Positions 34,258-42,083 of a DNA stretch of 42,481 bases are shown piece by piece. Under the pieces are notes generated by a model, which saw only the letters and a list, made by a program, of their open reading frames with translations, ran no database searches and had not been told where the DNA came from. Position numbers and translations under genes: made by a program. The stretch is from Candidatus Eremiobacteria bacterium (GTDB lineage Bacteria > Vulcanimicrobiota > Vulcanimicrobiia > Vulcanimicrobiales > Vulcanimicrobiaceae): the NCBI GenBank assembly GCA_025451135.1, contig JANWKW010000088.1, positions 1 to 42,481 of the forward strand. Direction: 5' to 3'. Each line of letters starts with the position of its first letter. Within the stretch, counting starts at the first letter, position 1.

Positions 34258-35643
34258 CTAGCGGGACCAGACCTCGGCGATCCACTTCTCGACCGCATCG
34301 CTGCGCGACGGAAGTATCGCCGAGAAGTTCTCGCAGCCGGTCGCGGTGACCGCGACGTCGTCTTCGATGCGCGCGCCGATGCCGCGCAGGGCCGGCGGCA
34401 CCGTCTCGTCGTCGGGTTGGAAATAGAGTCCCGGCTCGACGGTGAGCACCATGCCTTCGCGCAGGCTACCGTAGCGGTAATTCTCCGCGCGCGCCCTCGC
34501 GCAGTCGTGCACGTCGATGCCGAGCATGTGGCTGACGTTATGCAGCGTATAGCGCCGGTAGAACTGCTTCTCCGGGTCGAGCGCCTCGTCGACCGAGCAC
34601 GTCAGGACGCCTAGCTCGACCAACCCTTCGGCGAGCACCCGCATCGCGCGGCGGTTCGGTTCGAGGAAATCGTTGCCGGGAGCGACTGCGTCGATGGCCA
34701 CGCGCTGGGCCTCGTACACGATGTCGTAGACGGCGCGCTGCTCGTGCGAGAATCGCCCGGAGAGCGGGAGCGTGCGGGTGACGTCGGCCGTGTAGAGCGA
34801 GTCGCCATCGACGCCGGCGTCGAGCAGCAGCATCGCGCTCTTGTCGAGCGCGCCGTCGTTGCGATTCCAATGCAGCGTGCAGGCGTGATGGCCGGAAGCC
34901 GCGATCGTGAGATACCCGACGTCGTTGGCCTCGGTCCGCGCGCGGCGCCAGAACGCCGCTTCGAACTCGCGCTCGGTGCGGGCGTAGGGGAAGCTCCGGA
35001 TCACGTCTTCGAAACCGCGCTTGGTGATCTCGACGGCCTTGCGCAGCTCGGCCAGTTCGTAGTCGTCCTTGATCAGGCGCATCTCGGAGAGGCGGGTCGC
35101 CAGCTCCTGGTCGTGAGGCAGCGTGCGTGCGGGGTGTCCGCTGGTGCGCAGTTCCGCGAGGTACGCCTCGACCTCGCCCAGTCCGCGAGCCGCGTCGACG
35201 CCGTAATAGGCACGGCTCTCGTCGACGCCGCGATGGCGCCCGACCCAGAGCTCGCCGTGCACGCGATCGGTGAAGAAGGCCGCTTCGCCGCGGTTGTGAG
35301 CCGGGACGAAGAGCAGGCTGCGGTGACCGTTCCCGTCCGGTACGAGCACCAGCAGGCCGCCGGGCTCGCCGTCGCCCATCAGGTAGGCGAAGTCGCTCGA
35401 TGGCCGGTAGCGGAAGTTGGTGTCGTTCGCGCGGACCTGCTCGCCGCCGGCCGGGATCACCAGATACTCGCCCGGAAAGGCGCGCGACAGGGCGTCGCGG
35501 CGGCCCCGCAGCCGGGCCTGTTGGGCATGGGCGCTGGTGGCCGGGGCGGCCGCGGCCCAGCCCGACGCCATGAACTCCACCAGCGCGGGCGGCGAATCGC
35601 TATCGTGGCTGGCGGCGGTGGTCTGACGATCGCGCGTATCCAT
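34258..35643 (-). CDS. pepP: Xaa-Pro aminopeptidase (M24B, PepP-like)
   Basis: N-terminal AMP_N-like region (RYRPSSDFAYLMG), then DAGVDGDSLYTADVTRT, HNVSHMLGIDVHD and VEPGLY metal-ligand motifs. Confidence 0.9.
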   Translation of the reverse strand: MDTRDRQTTAASHDSDSPPALVEFMASGWAAAAPATSAHAQQARLRGRRDALSRAFPGEYLVIPAGGEQVRANDTNFRYRPSSDFAYLMGDGEPGGLLVLVPDGNGHRSLLFVPAHNRGEAAFFTDRVHGELWVGRHRGVDESRAYYGVDAARGLGEVEAYLAELRTSGHPARTLPHDQELATRLSEMRLIKDDYELAELRKAVEITKRGFEDVIRSFPYARTEREFEAAFWRRARTEANDVGYLTIAASGHHACTLHWNRNDGALDKSAMLLLDAGVDGDSLYTADVTRTLPLSGRFSHEQRAVYDIVYEAQRVAIDAVAPGNDFLEPNRRAMRVLAEGLVELGVLTCSVDEALDPEKQFYRRYTLHNVSHMLGIDVHDCARARAENYRYGSLREGMVLTVEPGLYFQPDDETVPPALRGIGARIEDDVAVTATGCENFSAILPSRSDAVEKWIAEVWSR

Positions 35644-35679
35644 AGGCGGACGCTTCGGCGCGGCGAATGGGAGTCCGCC

Positions 35680-36027
35680 ATGCCGCGATCCCTTTCGATC
35701 TGTGCCGTTCTTGCGGCGCTCGCGCTCGCGAGCGCCGGCTCGCGCGCGGCCGATCTACAGACGCGTACGATCCTGGTCGTGAACGGGGGCAACGAGGCGA
35801 TCTTCGCGCTGCGCCTGGGCCACGCGTCCACCGACCCGCCGGTCTGGGGCAACGATCTGCTGCCGTTCGACCGGGTGATCGACGTGAGCGAAGGCCGCGA
35901 CGTCGCCGTCCCGGTCGACCCGGCCGCCTGCACGGCGGATCTCCAGGCGACCTACAAGGACGGCCACGCGATCGTGGTGCAGAGCGTCGATCTGTGCACC
36001 GCCGATCGCGTGGACTTCACCCACTAG
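35680..36027 (+). CDS. Small secreted hypothetical protein
   Basis: ATG at 35680 with GGGAG upstream. Signal peptide MPRSLSICAVLAALALASAGSRA. 115 aa with two Cys in the mature part. Confidence 0.5.
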   Translation: MPRSLSICAVLAALALASAGSRAADLQTRTILVVNGGNEAIFALRLGHASTDPPVWGNDLLPFDRVIDVSEGRDVAVPVDPAACTADLQATYKDGHAIVVQSVDLCTADRVDFTH

Positions 36028-36030
36028 CGG

Positions 36031-36948
36031 TCAGTGTGCGGCCAGGAACGCGTCGATCGCGTCCGAGGTCGCTTTCGGCTGGTCGTACATCGCGAAGTGG
36101 CGCGCGTTCGGGATCACCACCACGGATGCGTTCGGCGCGTTCTTGACGATGCCGGCGTAGAACGCTTGTTTGGCTGCGGCGGTCGGAAGATACTTGCCTT
36201 CCAGCGCGGCGTCGTAGGGCGCGAGCAGCAGGATCGGGAGCGTCGCCGCGACGAGTTGCGGGCGCAGATCCAACTCCATGTCTTCCTTGAACCATTGCCC
36301 CGCGGCTTTCGGATCGCTCTTGCCGGCGAGCGTGGCGATCGCGTCGACGTCGGCCGGCGCGGTGACGAGATACGGCATCGAGCCGGCCTTCTCGTACGCG
36401 GCGAACTGGGCTTGCGGGATCGCGGCCATCTTGGCGGCGGCCGCGTCGGCCATCGCGGCGATCTTGTCGGACGTGCTGAAGACGTCGGTCGGATAGATCG
36501 GCAGACCGTCGAGCGCGATCACGCCGCCCAACCGGTCGGCGTGCTGCGTCGCGAGCATGAAGCCGGTCGTGCCGCCCAGGCTGTGACCGATGACGATCGG
36601 TTTGGCGATGTGCTTTTGCGCGATCAGCGTCCAGATGTCGGCGGTCACGCGGGGGAAGAGCGGGGCGTCGACCGACGGCTGGCCATCGAATCCCGGCAGC
36701 GTCAGCGCGTAGATCGTGTAGTGCGGTGCGAGGCGCGCGATCTCGCCGCTCCACTCCCAGGGACCGCAGGTGAGGCCGGGGATGAAGATCAGCGATCGCG
36801 CGCCGCTCCCGAACTGTTGGACGTGGATCGAACCGACGTCGAAGGTCGCGGCCGCCGTCGGGAGCGGCGGCGGACCGGTTGCGAACGCGGGAGCGGCGGC
36901 GACGAGGGCGAGCAGCAGCGCGACGACCGCGCGACGTGCGAGGACCAT
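36031..36948 (-). CDS. Secreted alpha/beta-fold hydrolase
   Basis: Signal peptide, oxyanion-region LIFIPGLTCGPWEW, nucleophile elbow GHSLGG, and a C-terminal His (NARHF). Confidence 0.8.
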   Translation of the reverse strand: MVLARRAVVALLLALVAAAPAFATGPPPLPTAAATFDVGSIHVQQFGSGARSLIFIPGLTCGPWEWSGEIARLAPHYTIYALTLPGFDGQPSVDAPLFPRVTADIWTLIAQKHIAKPIVIGHSLGGTTGFMLATQHADRLGGVIALDGLPIYPTDVFSTSDKIAAMADAAAAKMAAIPQAQFAAYEKAGSMPYLVTAPADVDAIATLAGKSDPKAAGQWFKEDMELDLRPQLVAATLPILLLAPYDAALEGKYLPTAAAKQAFYAGIVKNAPNASVVVIPNARHFAMYDQPKATSDAIDAFLAAH

Positions 36949-36978
36949 GATGGACTCCTTGACGGTAGAGTGGTTGGT

Positions 36979-37179
36979 CTAGGTAGCGGACTCCGCGTCG
37001 AAGATCTCTTCGACCGGTTTTCCGAACAGTTTGCCGATCTTGAACGCGAGCGGAAGGCTGGGTGCGTATTTGCCGGCCTCGAGCGCGACGACGGTCTGGC
37101 GCGCGACGCCGAGCCGGTCGGCGACCTCGGCCTGCGACCAGTCGTGCTCGGCCCGCAGGACGCGGATGCGGTTGTTCAC
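36979..37179 (-). CDS. Short XRE-family HTH transcriptional regulator
   Basis: The GTG at 37179 overlaps the upstream stop (GTGA). NNRIRVLRAEHDWSQAEVADRLGVARQTVVALEAGKYAPSLPLAFKIGKLFGKPVEEIF is the typical ~66-aa Cro/C1-type protein. Confidence 0.8.
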   Translation of the reverse strand: MNNRIRVLRAEHDWSQAEVADRLGVARQTVVALEAGKYAPSLPLAFKIGKLFGKPVEEIFDAESAT

Positions 37180-37580
37180 GTGCCGTAGTACCGCGAGACG
37201 ATCAGGCGGCCGATCAGCCACGCGCCCATGAATGCCGCCCAGGTGAACCAGGCGGAGAGGTGCGGCAGCCCCGCGTTCTCGAGGAAACCGTAGGTCGCCG
37301 CCAGCAGGGCCGTGATCACGCCGGCCAGGCCGAGCGATTCGAGCAGCATGCGCCGCTCGAACTCGTCGGTGCGCCCGAAGTAGCGCAGCAGCGCGATGAA
37401 GACGAACACGACCGGGACGACGGGAGCCGCCGCCACCGCGAACTTGAGCGGTCCGGTGAGGCCGCCGCGATCGAGCAGCCAGATGGCCGGGACCAGGACG
37501 GCGACATAGGCACCCATGCAGAGGGCCATCTCCACGAGGTAGTTGCGGTTCGCGACGGCGGTCGGATTCGAGGACTTCAT
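37176..37580 (-). CDS. 4-TM membrane protein partnered with the XRE regulator
   Basis: ATG at 37580 (MKSSNPTAV). Four hydrophobic helices. The region upstream of 37580 in the same ORF is AT-rich and non-coding in character. No SD is present, which fits the predicted leaderless promoter. Confidence 0.65.
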   Translation of the reverse strand: MKSSNPTAVANRNYLVEMALCMGAYVAVLVPAIWLLDRGGLTGPLKFAVAAAPVVPVVFVFIALLRYFGRTDEFERRMLLESLGLAGVITALLAATYGFLENAGLPHLSAWFTWAAFMGAWLIGRLIVSRYYGT

Positions 37581-37587
37581 GGAGCCG

Positions 37588-37616
37588 AGTGTACGCTGTA
37601 GGCGTCTAAATGTCAA
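37588..37616 (-). promoter_or_regulatory. Near-consensus sigma70-type promoter predicting a leaderless mRNA
   Basis: Minus strand reads TTGACA (37616-37611), a 17-nt spacer, TACACT (37593-37588), 7 nt, then ATG (37580). Confidence 0.6.
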
Positions 37617-37646
37617 GTATAGGCGACATAAAGACATCTCCAAGCG

Positions 37647-37671
37647 TCATCTTGGATGAAAGTCATTTTCA
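37647..37671. promoter_or_regulatory. Two overlapping palindromes (operator candidates), the second Fur-family 7-1-7-like
   Basis: TCATC-TTG-GATGA at 37647-37659. TGAAAGT-C-ATTTTCA at 37657-37671 matches TGATAAT-N-ATTATCA at 11 of 14 positions. They lie in an AT-rich 165-bp divergent spacer. Confidence 0.4.
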
Positions 37672-37695
37672 CTTTGGCGGCGAACCGGGTAGACT
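37668..37695 (+). promoter_or_regulatory. Candidate promoter of the peroxiredoxin operon
   Basis: TTCACT (37668-37673), a 16-nt spacer, then TAGACT (37690-37695). The -35 element overlaps the 7-1-7 palindrome. The ATG is at 37746. Confidence 0.35.
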
Positions 37696-37745
37696 CGCGA
37701 AGCATCACACCCTCACAAACGACCATTCGAGAAAGAGAACCACGC

Positions 37746-38300
37746 ATGTTGGCTCAAGTTGGAAAACCGGCTCCCGATTTCAAACTGCCGAGCACCAAAG
37801 GCGCGACCGGCGCGTCGGATCTCGGCAAAGAGCTTTCGCTCGCGGATTTCAAAGGGAAATGGTTGATCTTCTTCTTCTATCCGCTCGACTTCACGTTCGT
37901 CTGCCCGACCGAGATCACGGCGCTCTCCGACCGCCTGGATGAATTCACCGCGATCGGCGCCGAGATCGTCGGCGCGTCGACCGACTCGGTGCACAGCCAT
38001 TGGGCGTGGCTGAACACGCCGAAGGAGAAGAACGGCATCGCCGGCACCAAGTATCCGCTGGCGGCGGACTTCACCAAAGAGACCGCTCGCGCGTACGGCG
38101 TGCTCGACGAAGCCAGCGGCGTCGCGCAGCGCGGTCTGTTCATCATCGATCCGGAAGGCGTCCTGAAGTACGCGGTCGTGACCGACGACAACGTCGGCCG
38201 CAGCGTCGACGAGACCATCCGCGTGCTCCAGGCGCTCCAGACCGGCGGCCTGTGCCCCGCGAACTGGAAGCCCGGCTCGGCCCTGCTGACGAAGGGATAA
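37746..38300 (+). CDS. ahpC: Typical 2-Cys peroxiredoxin (AhpC/Prx1 type)
   Basis: GKPAPDFKL, peroxidatic Cys in FFFYPLDFTFVCPTE, and resolving Cys in GGLCPANWKPG. Confidence 0.9.
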   Translation: MLAQVGKPAPDFKLPSTKGATGASDLGKELSLADFKGKWLIFFFYPLDFTFVCPTEITALSDRLDEFTAIGAEIVGASTDSVHSHWAWLNTPKEKNGIAGTKYPLAADFTKETARAYGVLDEASGVAQRGLFIIDPEGVLKYAVVTDDNVGRSVDETIRVLQALQTGGLCPANWKPGSALLTKG

Positions 38301-38309
38301 GAGGCGGCA

Positions 38310-38810
38310 GTGGGATTGCGCATGCGCGCGCCGCTTCCGACGCTCGAGGGCGTCGGAACGTGGCTCAACGGCGAGCCGTCGGTCGACGACCTGCGCGGCT
38401 CGCCGGTCGTCGTCTCGTTCTGGTCGCAGTCGTGCTACATCTGTCACGACACGGCCGAGCAGGTCAATGCGTGGCGCGACAAGTTCGCGGCGCAAGGCGT
38501 CGCGTTCGTCGCGGTCCATCAGCCGCGCTCGGAGGCCGAGCTCGACGTGGCGGCCGTCACGGCCGACGCGGTCGAGAACATGAAGCTCACGCAGCCGGTC
38601 GCGATCGACAACCAGCACGCCATCGTCGGCCGCTTCCAGAACGAGTACGTGCCGGCGTTCTACGTCTTCAATCGCAAACACGAACTCCGCCATTTCCAGG
38701 CCGGCGGAAAAGGCTTCGACCGTATCGAGAGCGCCATCGCGCGCGTCCTCGACGAACCCACGGACGATGAGACGCTCGACGCGGACGCCTCACCGACAGG
38801 AACGATGTGA
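38310..38810 (+). CDS. Thioredoxin-fold redoxin (TlpA/AhpC-TSA-like) with a CxxC site
   Basis: GTG at 38310 with GAGG upstream. VVVSFWSQSCYICH active site, and YVPAFYVF (cis-Pro region). Confidence 0.7.
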   Translation: MGLRMRAPLPTLEGVGTWLNGEPSVDDLRGSPVVVSFWSQSCYICHDTAEQVNAWRDKFAAQGVAFVAVHQPRSEAELDVAAVTADAVENMKLTQPVAIDNQHAIVGRFQNEYVPAFYVFNRKHELRHFQAGGKGFDRIESAIARVLDEPTDDETLDADASPTGTM

Positions 38811-38811
38811 C

Positions 38812-39153
38812 ATGCACAGACTGATCGCCACCCTTCTCGCCGCCGCCGTCATGCTCGGCGCCGGCCTTCCCGCCGTTCCGGCCCGCGCCGCAGGCCAGTA
38901 TCCGATCAAGATCGAGACCAAGGGCGAACCCGCCTCGATCACCGCCTACGCGCCGGCCGATCAGGCGATCCGCATGACCGTCTACCTTCCGGCCAACACG
39001 ACGAAGTCGTACGCGCTGGAGAACGCCGATCATTACGAGTTCCGCCTGACCATCTGCGGCAAGACGCACACGGCGCGGTGGAACCGCGGCGGTGGCGGCG
39101 TGATCGTCTCGATCAACGGCTGCTCCGGCTACTCGTTCACCATGCAGCGCTAG
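38812..39153 (+). CDS. Small secreted hypothetical protein
   Basis: The ATG at 38812 lies 1 nt after the upstream stop. Signal peptide MHRLIATLLAAAVMLGAGLPAVPARAAG. 113 aa with two Cys. Confidence 0.5.
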   Translation: MHRLIATLLAAAVMLGAGLPAVPARAAGQYPIKIETKGEPASITAYAPADQAIRMTVYLPANTTKSYALENADHYEFRLTICGKTHTARWNRGGGGVIVSINGCSGYSFTMQR

Positions 39154-39166
39154 GCGTCGCTCGTCC

Positions 39167-40081
39167 GTGAATGCGCTCTCCTTCGAACGCTTCGGCGGAC
39201 CCGAAGTCTTGCGGTACGGGCAGGTCCCCGATCCGCAGCCGGCCGGCGACGAGGTGCTCGTACGGACCGGCGCGATCGGTCTGAACTTCGCCGACGTCTA
39301 CCGGCGGCGCGGGAACTACCATCTGGCCGGCGCGCCGCCGTACGTCGCCGGATACGAGGCGGCCGGCGCGATCGTCGGGACGGGCGAGCGCGTCGCGTTC
39401 GCCGACAGCCCGTTCGCGAACGCGGAACTGGTCGCGGTCCCGCGCGAGAAGCTGATCCCGCTCCCCGACGATATCTCTGACGAGACCGCCGCGGCGCTGC
39501 TCTTGCAGGGCCTGACCGCGTACTTCCTGACGCACGATAGCCACGCCGTGCGTGCCGGCGAACGCGTGCTGGTGCATGCTGCGGCGGGCGGCGTCGGGCT
39601 GCTGCTGGTGCAGATCGCCAAGCTGCTCGGCGCGTACGTCGTCGGGCTGGCGTCGTCGGAGCCCAAGCGCGCGGCGGTATTGGAGGCTGGTGCCGATCGC
39701 GCGCTCTCGTACGACGCGTGGCAGAGCGAACGCGACTTCGACGTGGTCTACGACGCTGTCGGTTCGACGCTCGGGGGGAGTCTGGCGGCCGCGCGAACCG
39801 GCGGCCGCGTGGTCTTCTACGGGATGGCCGGCGGCGACCCGAAACCGGTCGATCCGCGCGTGCTGATGGACCGCTCGCTCACGCTCACCGGCGGAGATCT
39901 GTGGAACGTGCTGCGCACCAGCGCCGACCGGGTGACGCGTGCCGAGGCGCTGTTCGGCTGGGTGCGCGAGGGTCGCTTGCGCGTGCGCGTGGCCGAACGC
40001 TTTCCGCTTTCGCGCGGCGCCGAGGCGCATCGCCTCCTCGAAAGCCGCGCCGCCATCGGGAAGATCCTGCTTGTTCCTTAG
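39167..40081 (+). CDS. qor: NADPH:quinone oxidoreductase (zeta-crystallin-like MDR family)
   Basis: GLNFADVYRRRG, VLVHAAAGGVGLLLVQIAK nucleotide-binding motif, and a GKILLVP tail. Confidence 0.85.
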   Translation: MNALSFERFGGPEVLRYGQVPDPQPAGDEVLVRTGAIGLNFADVYRRRGNYHLAGAPPYVAGYEAAGAIVGTGERVAFADSPFANAELVAVPREKLIPLPDDISDETAAALLLQGLTAYFLTHDSHAVRAGERVLVHAAAGGVGLLLVQIAKLLGAYVVGLASSEPKRAAVLEAGADRALSYDAWQSERDFDVVYDAVGSTLGGSLAAARTGGRVVFYGMAGGDPKPVDPRVLMDRSLTLTGGDLWNVLRTSADRVTRAEALFGWVREGRLRVRVAERFPLSRGAEAHRLLESRAAIGKILLVP

Positions 40082-40082
40082 C

Positions 40083-40907
40083 GTGGCGGCGCTGGCCGCG
40101 CTGGCCGAACTGGCGTCGCCGAACGATGCGTATCGCGCGGCGCTGCAGACGATGCGATCGCTTCCGGTGCCGTCGTACGTCACGTATCGAGCGGACCTGG
40201 ATCCCGGCGATGCGACCATCTCGCTCACGAATCTCTTGGACGGGCGTATCAAGCCGCGCATCGTCATCGGCGCCGGGCATTATCCCGGCTCGTCGTTCGA
40301 CGCGACCTACCGCGCGAGCGACGGACTGGCCGCGATCGCCGTCGAGCCGGGCCGGCGTGCCTATACCAGCCTCGCCCTCTTCGACCCGACTTGGAACGGC
40401 GTCTCGCTTTGGCTACGGCGCGGACTGCTGGCGACGATCGACCGCCCGAACGCGACGCCCGAGCCGGACGCGAGCCCGACGCCCGCCAAGATGCCGGCGA
40501 CCATCCTGACCGTCACCGCGTTCGATCCGAACGCGTATCGCGTCGAAGATGCGGGCGTCGGCTGGTGCGGGTCGGATCCCGGGCGCATGCTGCATCTGAC
40601 CGCGACCCGCGACGTGCAGCGGCATCCGCTGCAGCGCATCCTGATCGACGCGATCGACGGGCGGGTCTGCCTCGCGCGATTCGCCGTGAGCGGCGGCGAG
40701 GGACAGGCGCAGTTCGACGGCTACGTCGAACTGCAGCTGGGTCTGGTGAACGGGTATCCGATGGTGACGGACGGCTACGTCGACGTCGAGGTGCGCGAGA
40801 GCGGCGAGCGCATCGGCTTCGCCCACGTCCGCTTCCACTATCGCGACGTCCATACGCCGGCCGAACTGGTCAGAAGTACCGCCCCCGATAAGGCGCGCGC
40901 CCGCTGA
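40083..40907 (+). CDS. Hypothetical protein; start uncertain
   Basis: The frame is open from 39939. Candidate starts are TTG 40071 or GTG 40083, right after the qor stop. Codon third-position G/C bias is consistent with coding. I recognise no motif. Confidence 0.4.
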   Translation: MAALAALAELASPNDAYRAALQTMRSLPVPSYVTYRADLDPGDATISLTNLLDGRIKPRIVIGAGHYPGSSFDATYRASDGLAAIAVEPGRRAYTSLALFDPTWNGVSLWLRRGLLATIDRPNATPEPDASPTPAKMPATILTVTAFDPNAYRVEDAGVGWCGSDPGRMLHLTATRDVQRHPLQRILIDAIDGRVCLARFAVSGGEGQAQFDGYVELQLGLVNGYPMVTDGYVDVEVRESGERIGFAHVRFHYRDVHTPAELVRSTAPDKARAR

Positions 40908-41904
40908 CGACGGCGCGAACGGCTTGCGGCGCGTCGTCGCCGATCGTCTCGTTGAGGCTGTCCTGCCACGCCCACACGATCAGATCCCGCAATTCGCTCG
41001 CGCCGTAGGCCAAGCGTCCTTCTGCAAAGGCGCTGGACTCCGGCGACGCGTGCGCGAAGCCGCCCGCTTTCGCGATCCTGTAGAGCGGTTCGACCATCGC
41101 GTTCGAACCGGCGAGGTAGGTCTCTATGGAGGTCAGGACTTGCCGATCGCCGGCGAGTCGCGCGTCGTGCGGCACGTGGAGCGGGGCGAGACGCGTCGCA
41201 ACTCCCGCTTCCGTGATGAAGCGCTCGACGAAGTCGGATTCGAAAAGGTCGTGGAAGTGCGGCGAGTTCGAGTAGCCGTTCGGATTGGGGTAGTCGCCCC
41301 AACCGTTGAAGTGCACCGTGATATGGAGCGGTTGGGAAGCGTCCGCCACGTAGTGCCCCCACACGCCGGCGTCGCGCAAGACGAGCGCCTCATCGACCCT
41401 CGCGGCCGCGCGCGCTTTCGCGCGCGTCGACGACGGACCGTGCGCCGCTTCGTAGTCGTCGACGCGCCAATAGGCGAAGTCCATGCGCAGCTGCTGCCAG
41501 CCCTCGAGGATGGAGTACGGCACGTATCCCATCTTGTACTGATCGGTCCCGTGCGCGCGTAGGGCCGTGTCGTATGCCTCGCGCGTCGGGGGTAACGCGC
41601 GGAGCGGAATCCCTCCGACCGTGTCGTCGCCTTTCAGGTCGAGATAATGTCCGGGATCGTAGGCCGCATCCCAGGCGATTCCCGCGCCCTTTTGCAGGTC
41701 GAGATAGGTTCCCAGGTTCGAGAGCTCGGCGATCGCTGCCGGCGTGCGCATAAAGGCCGGCACGCTCGCGGGCAGGGAGACGGCCGCAAGATGATTGATG
41801 ATGGTGTGCCCTTTAAGCCCCCACGCGGACGCTGCAGAGACCGAGAACGCGAACGTCGCGATGAAAAGCGCGCTCGATAGGGTCGGGCGAAGGCGGTTGC
41901 TCAT
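40870..41904 (-). CDS. Secreted S1/P1 nuclease-like / zinc phospholipase C superfamily protein
   Basis: Signal peptide, then a mature N-terminus WGLKGH (the hallmark of S1/P1 nucleases), PGHYLD, and HYVADASQPLH metal-ligand motifs. Confidence 0.65.
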   Translation of the reverse strand: MSNRLRPTLSSALFIATFAFSVSAASAWGLKGHTIINHLAAVSLPASVPAFMRTPAAIAELSNLGTYLDLQKGAGIAWDAAYDPGHYLDLKGDDTVGGIPLRALPPTREAYDTALRAHGTDQYKMGYVPYSILEGWQQLRMDFAYWRVDDYEAAHGPSSTRAKARAAARVDEALVLRDAGVWGHYVADASQPLHITVHFNGWGDYPNPNGYSNSPHFHDLFESDFVERFITEAGVATRLAPLHVPHDARLAGDRQVLTSIETYLAGSNAMVEPLYRIAKAGGFAHASPESSAFAEGRLAYGASELRDLIVWAWQDSLNETIGDDAPQAVRAVVSGRAPYRGRYF

Positions 41905-42083
41905 ATGGCGCGTTGCCCCGCCTCGCAGCCCATCCCCTCTTGGGGGCGGCGAGCACGCTAATTGATGACAAAAGTCACTTTAGTGTGCCGAACGAATCGA
42001 GGGTCCGAACTCGACGAGCAGGGGCTCACTACATTTTCGGCCGAACGCCGCGAGCAACATCGCAATCTTGAGGAGCCCGGAAG

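Noticed and set aside
37581-37643. Upstream ATG at 37643, which would extend the 4-TM protein by 21 residues (MEMSLCRLYLTFRRLQRTLGS).
   Set aside because: The segment is AT-rich with non-genomic codon usage, and it contains the TTGACA-17-TACACT promoter itself. The ATG at 37580 is the more coherent start.
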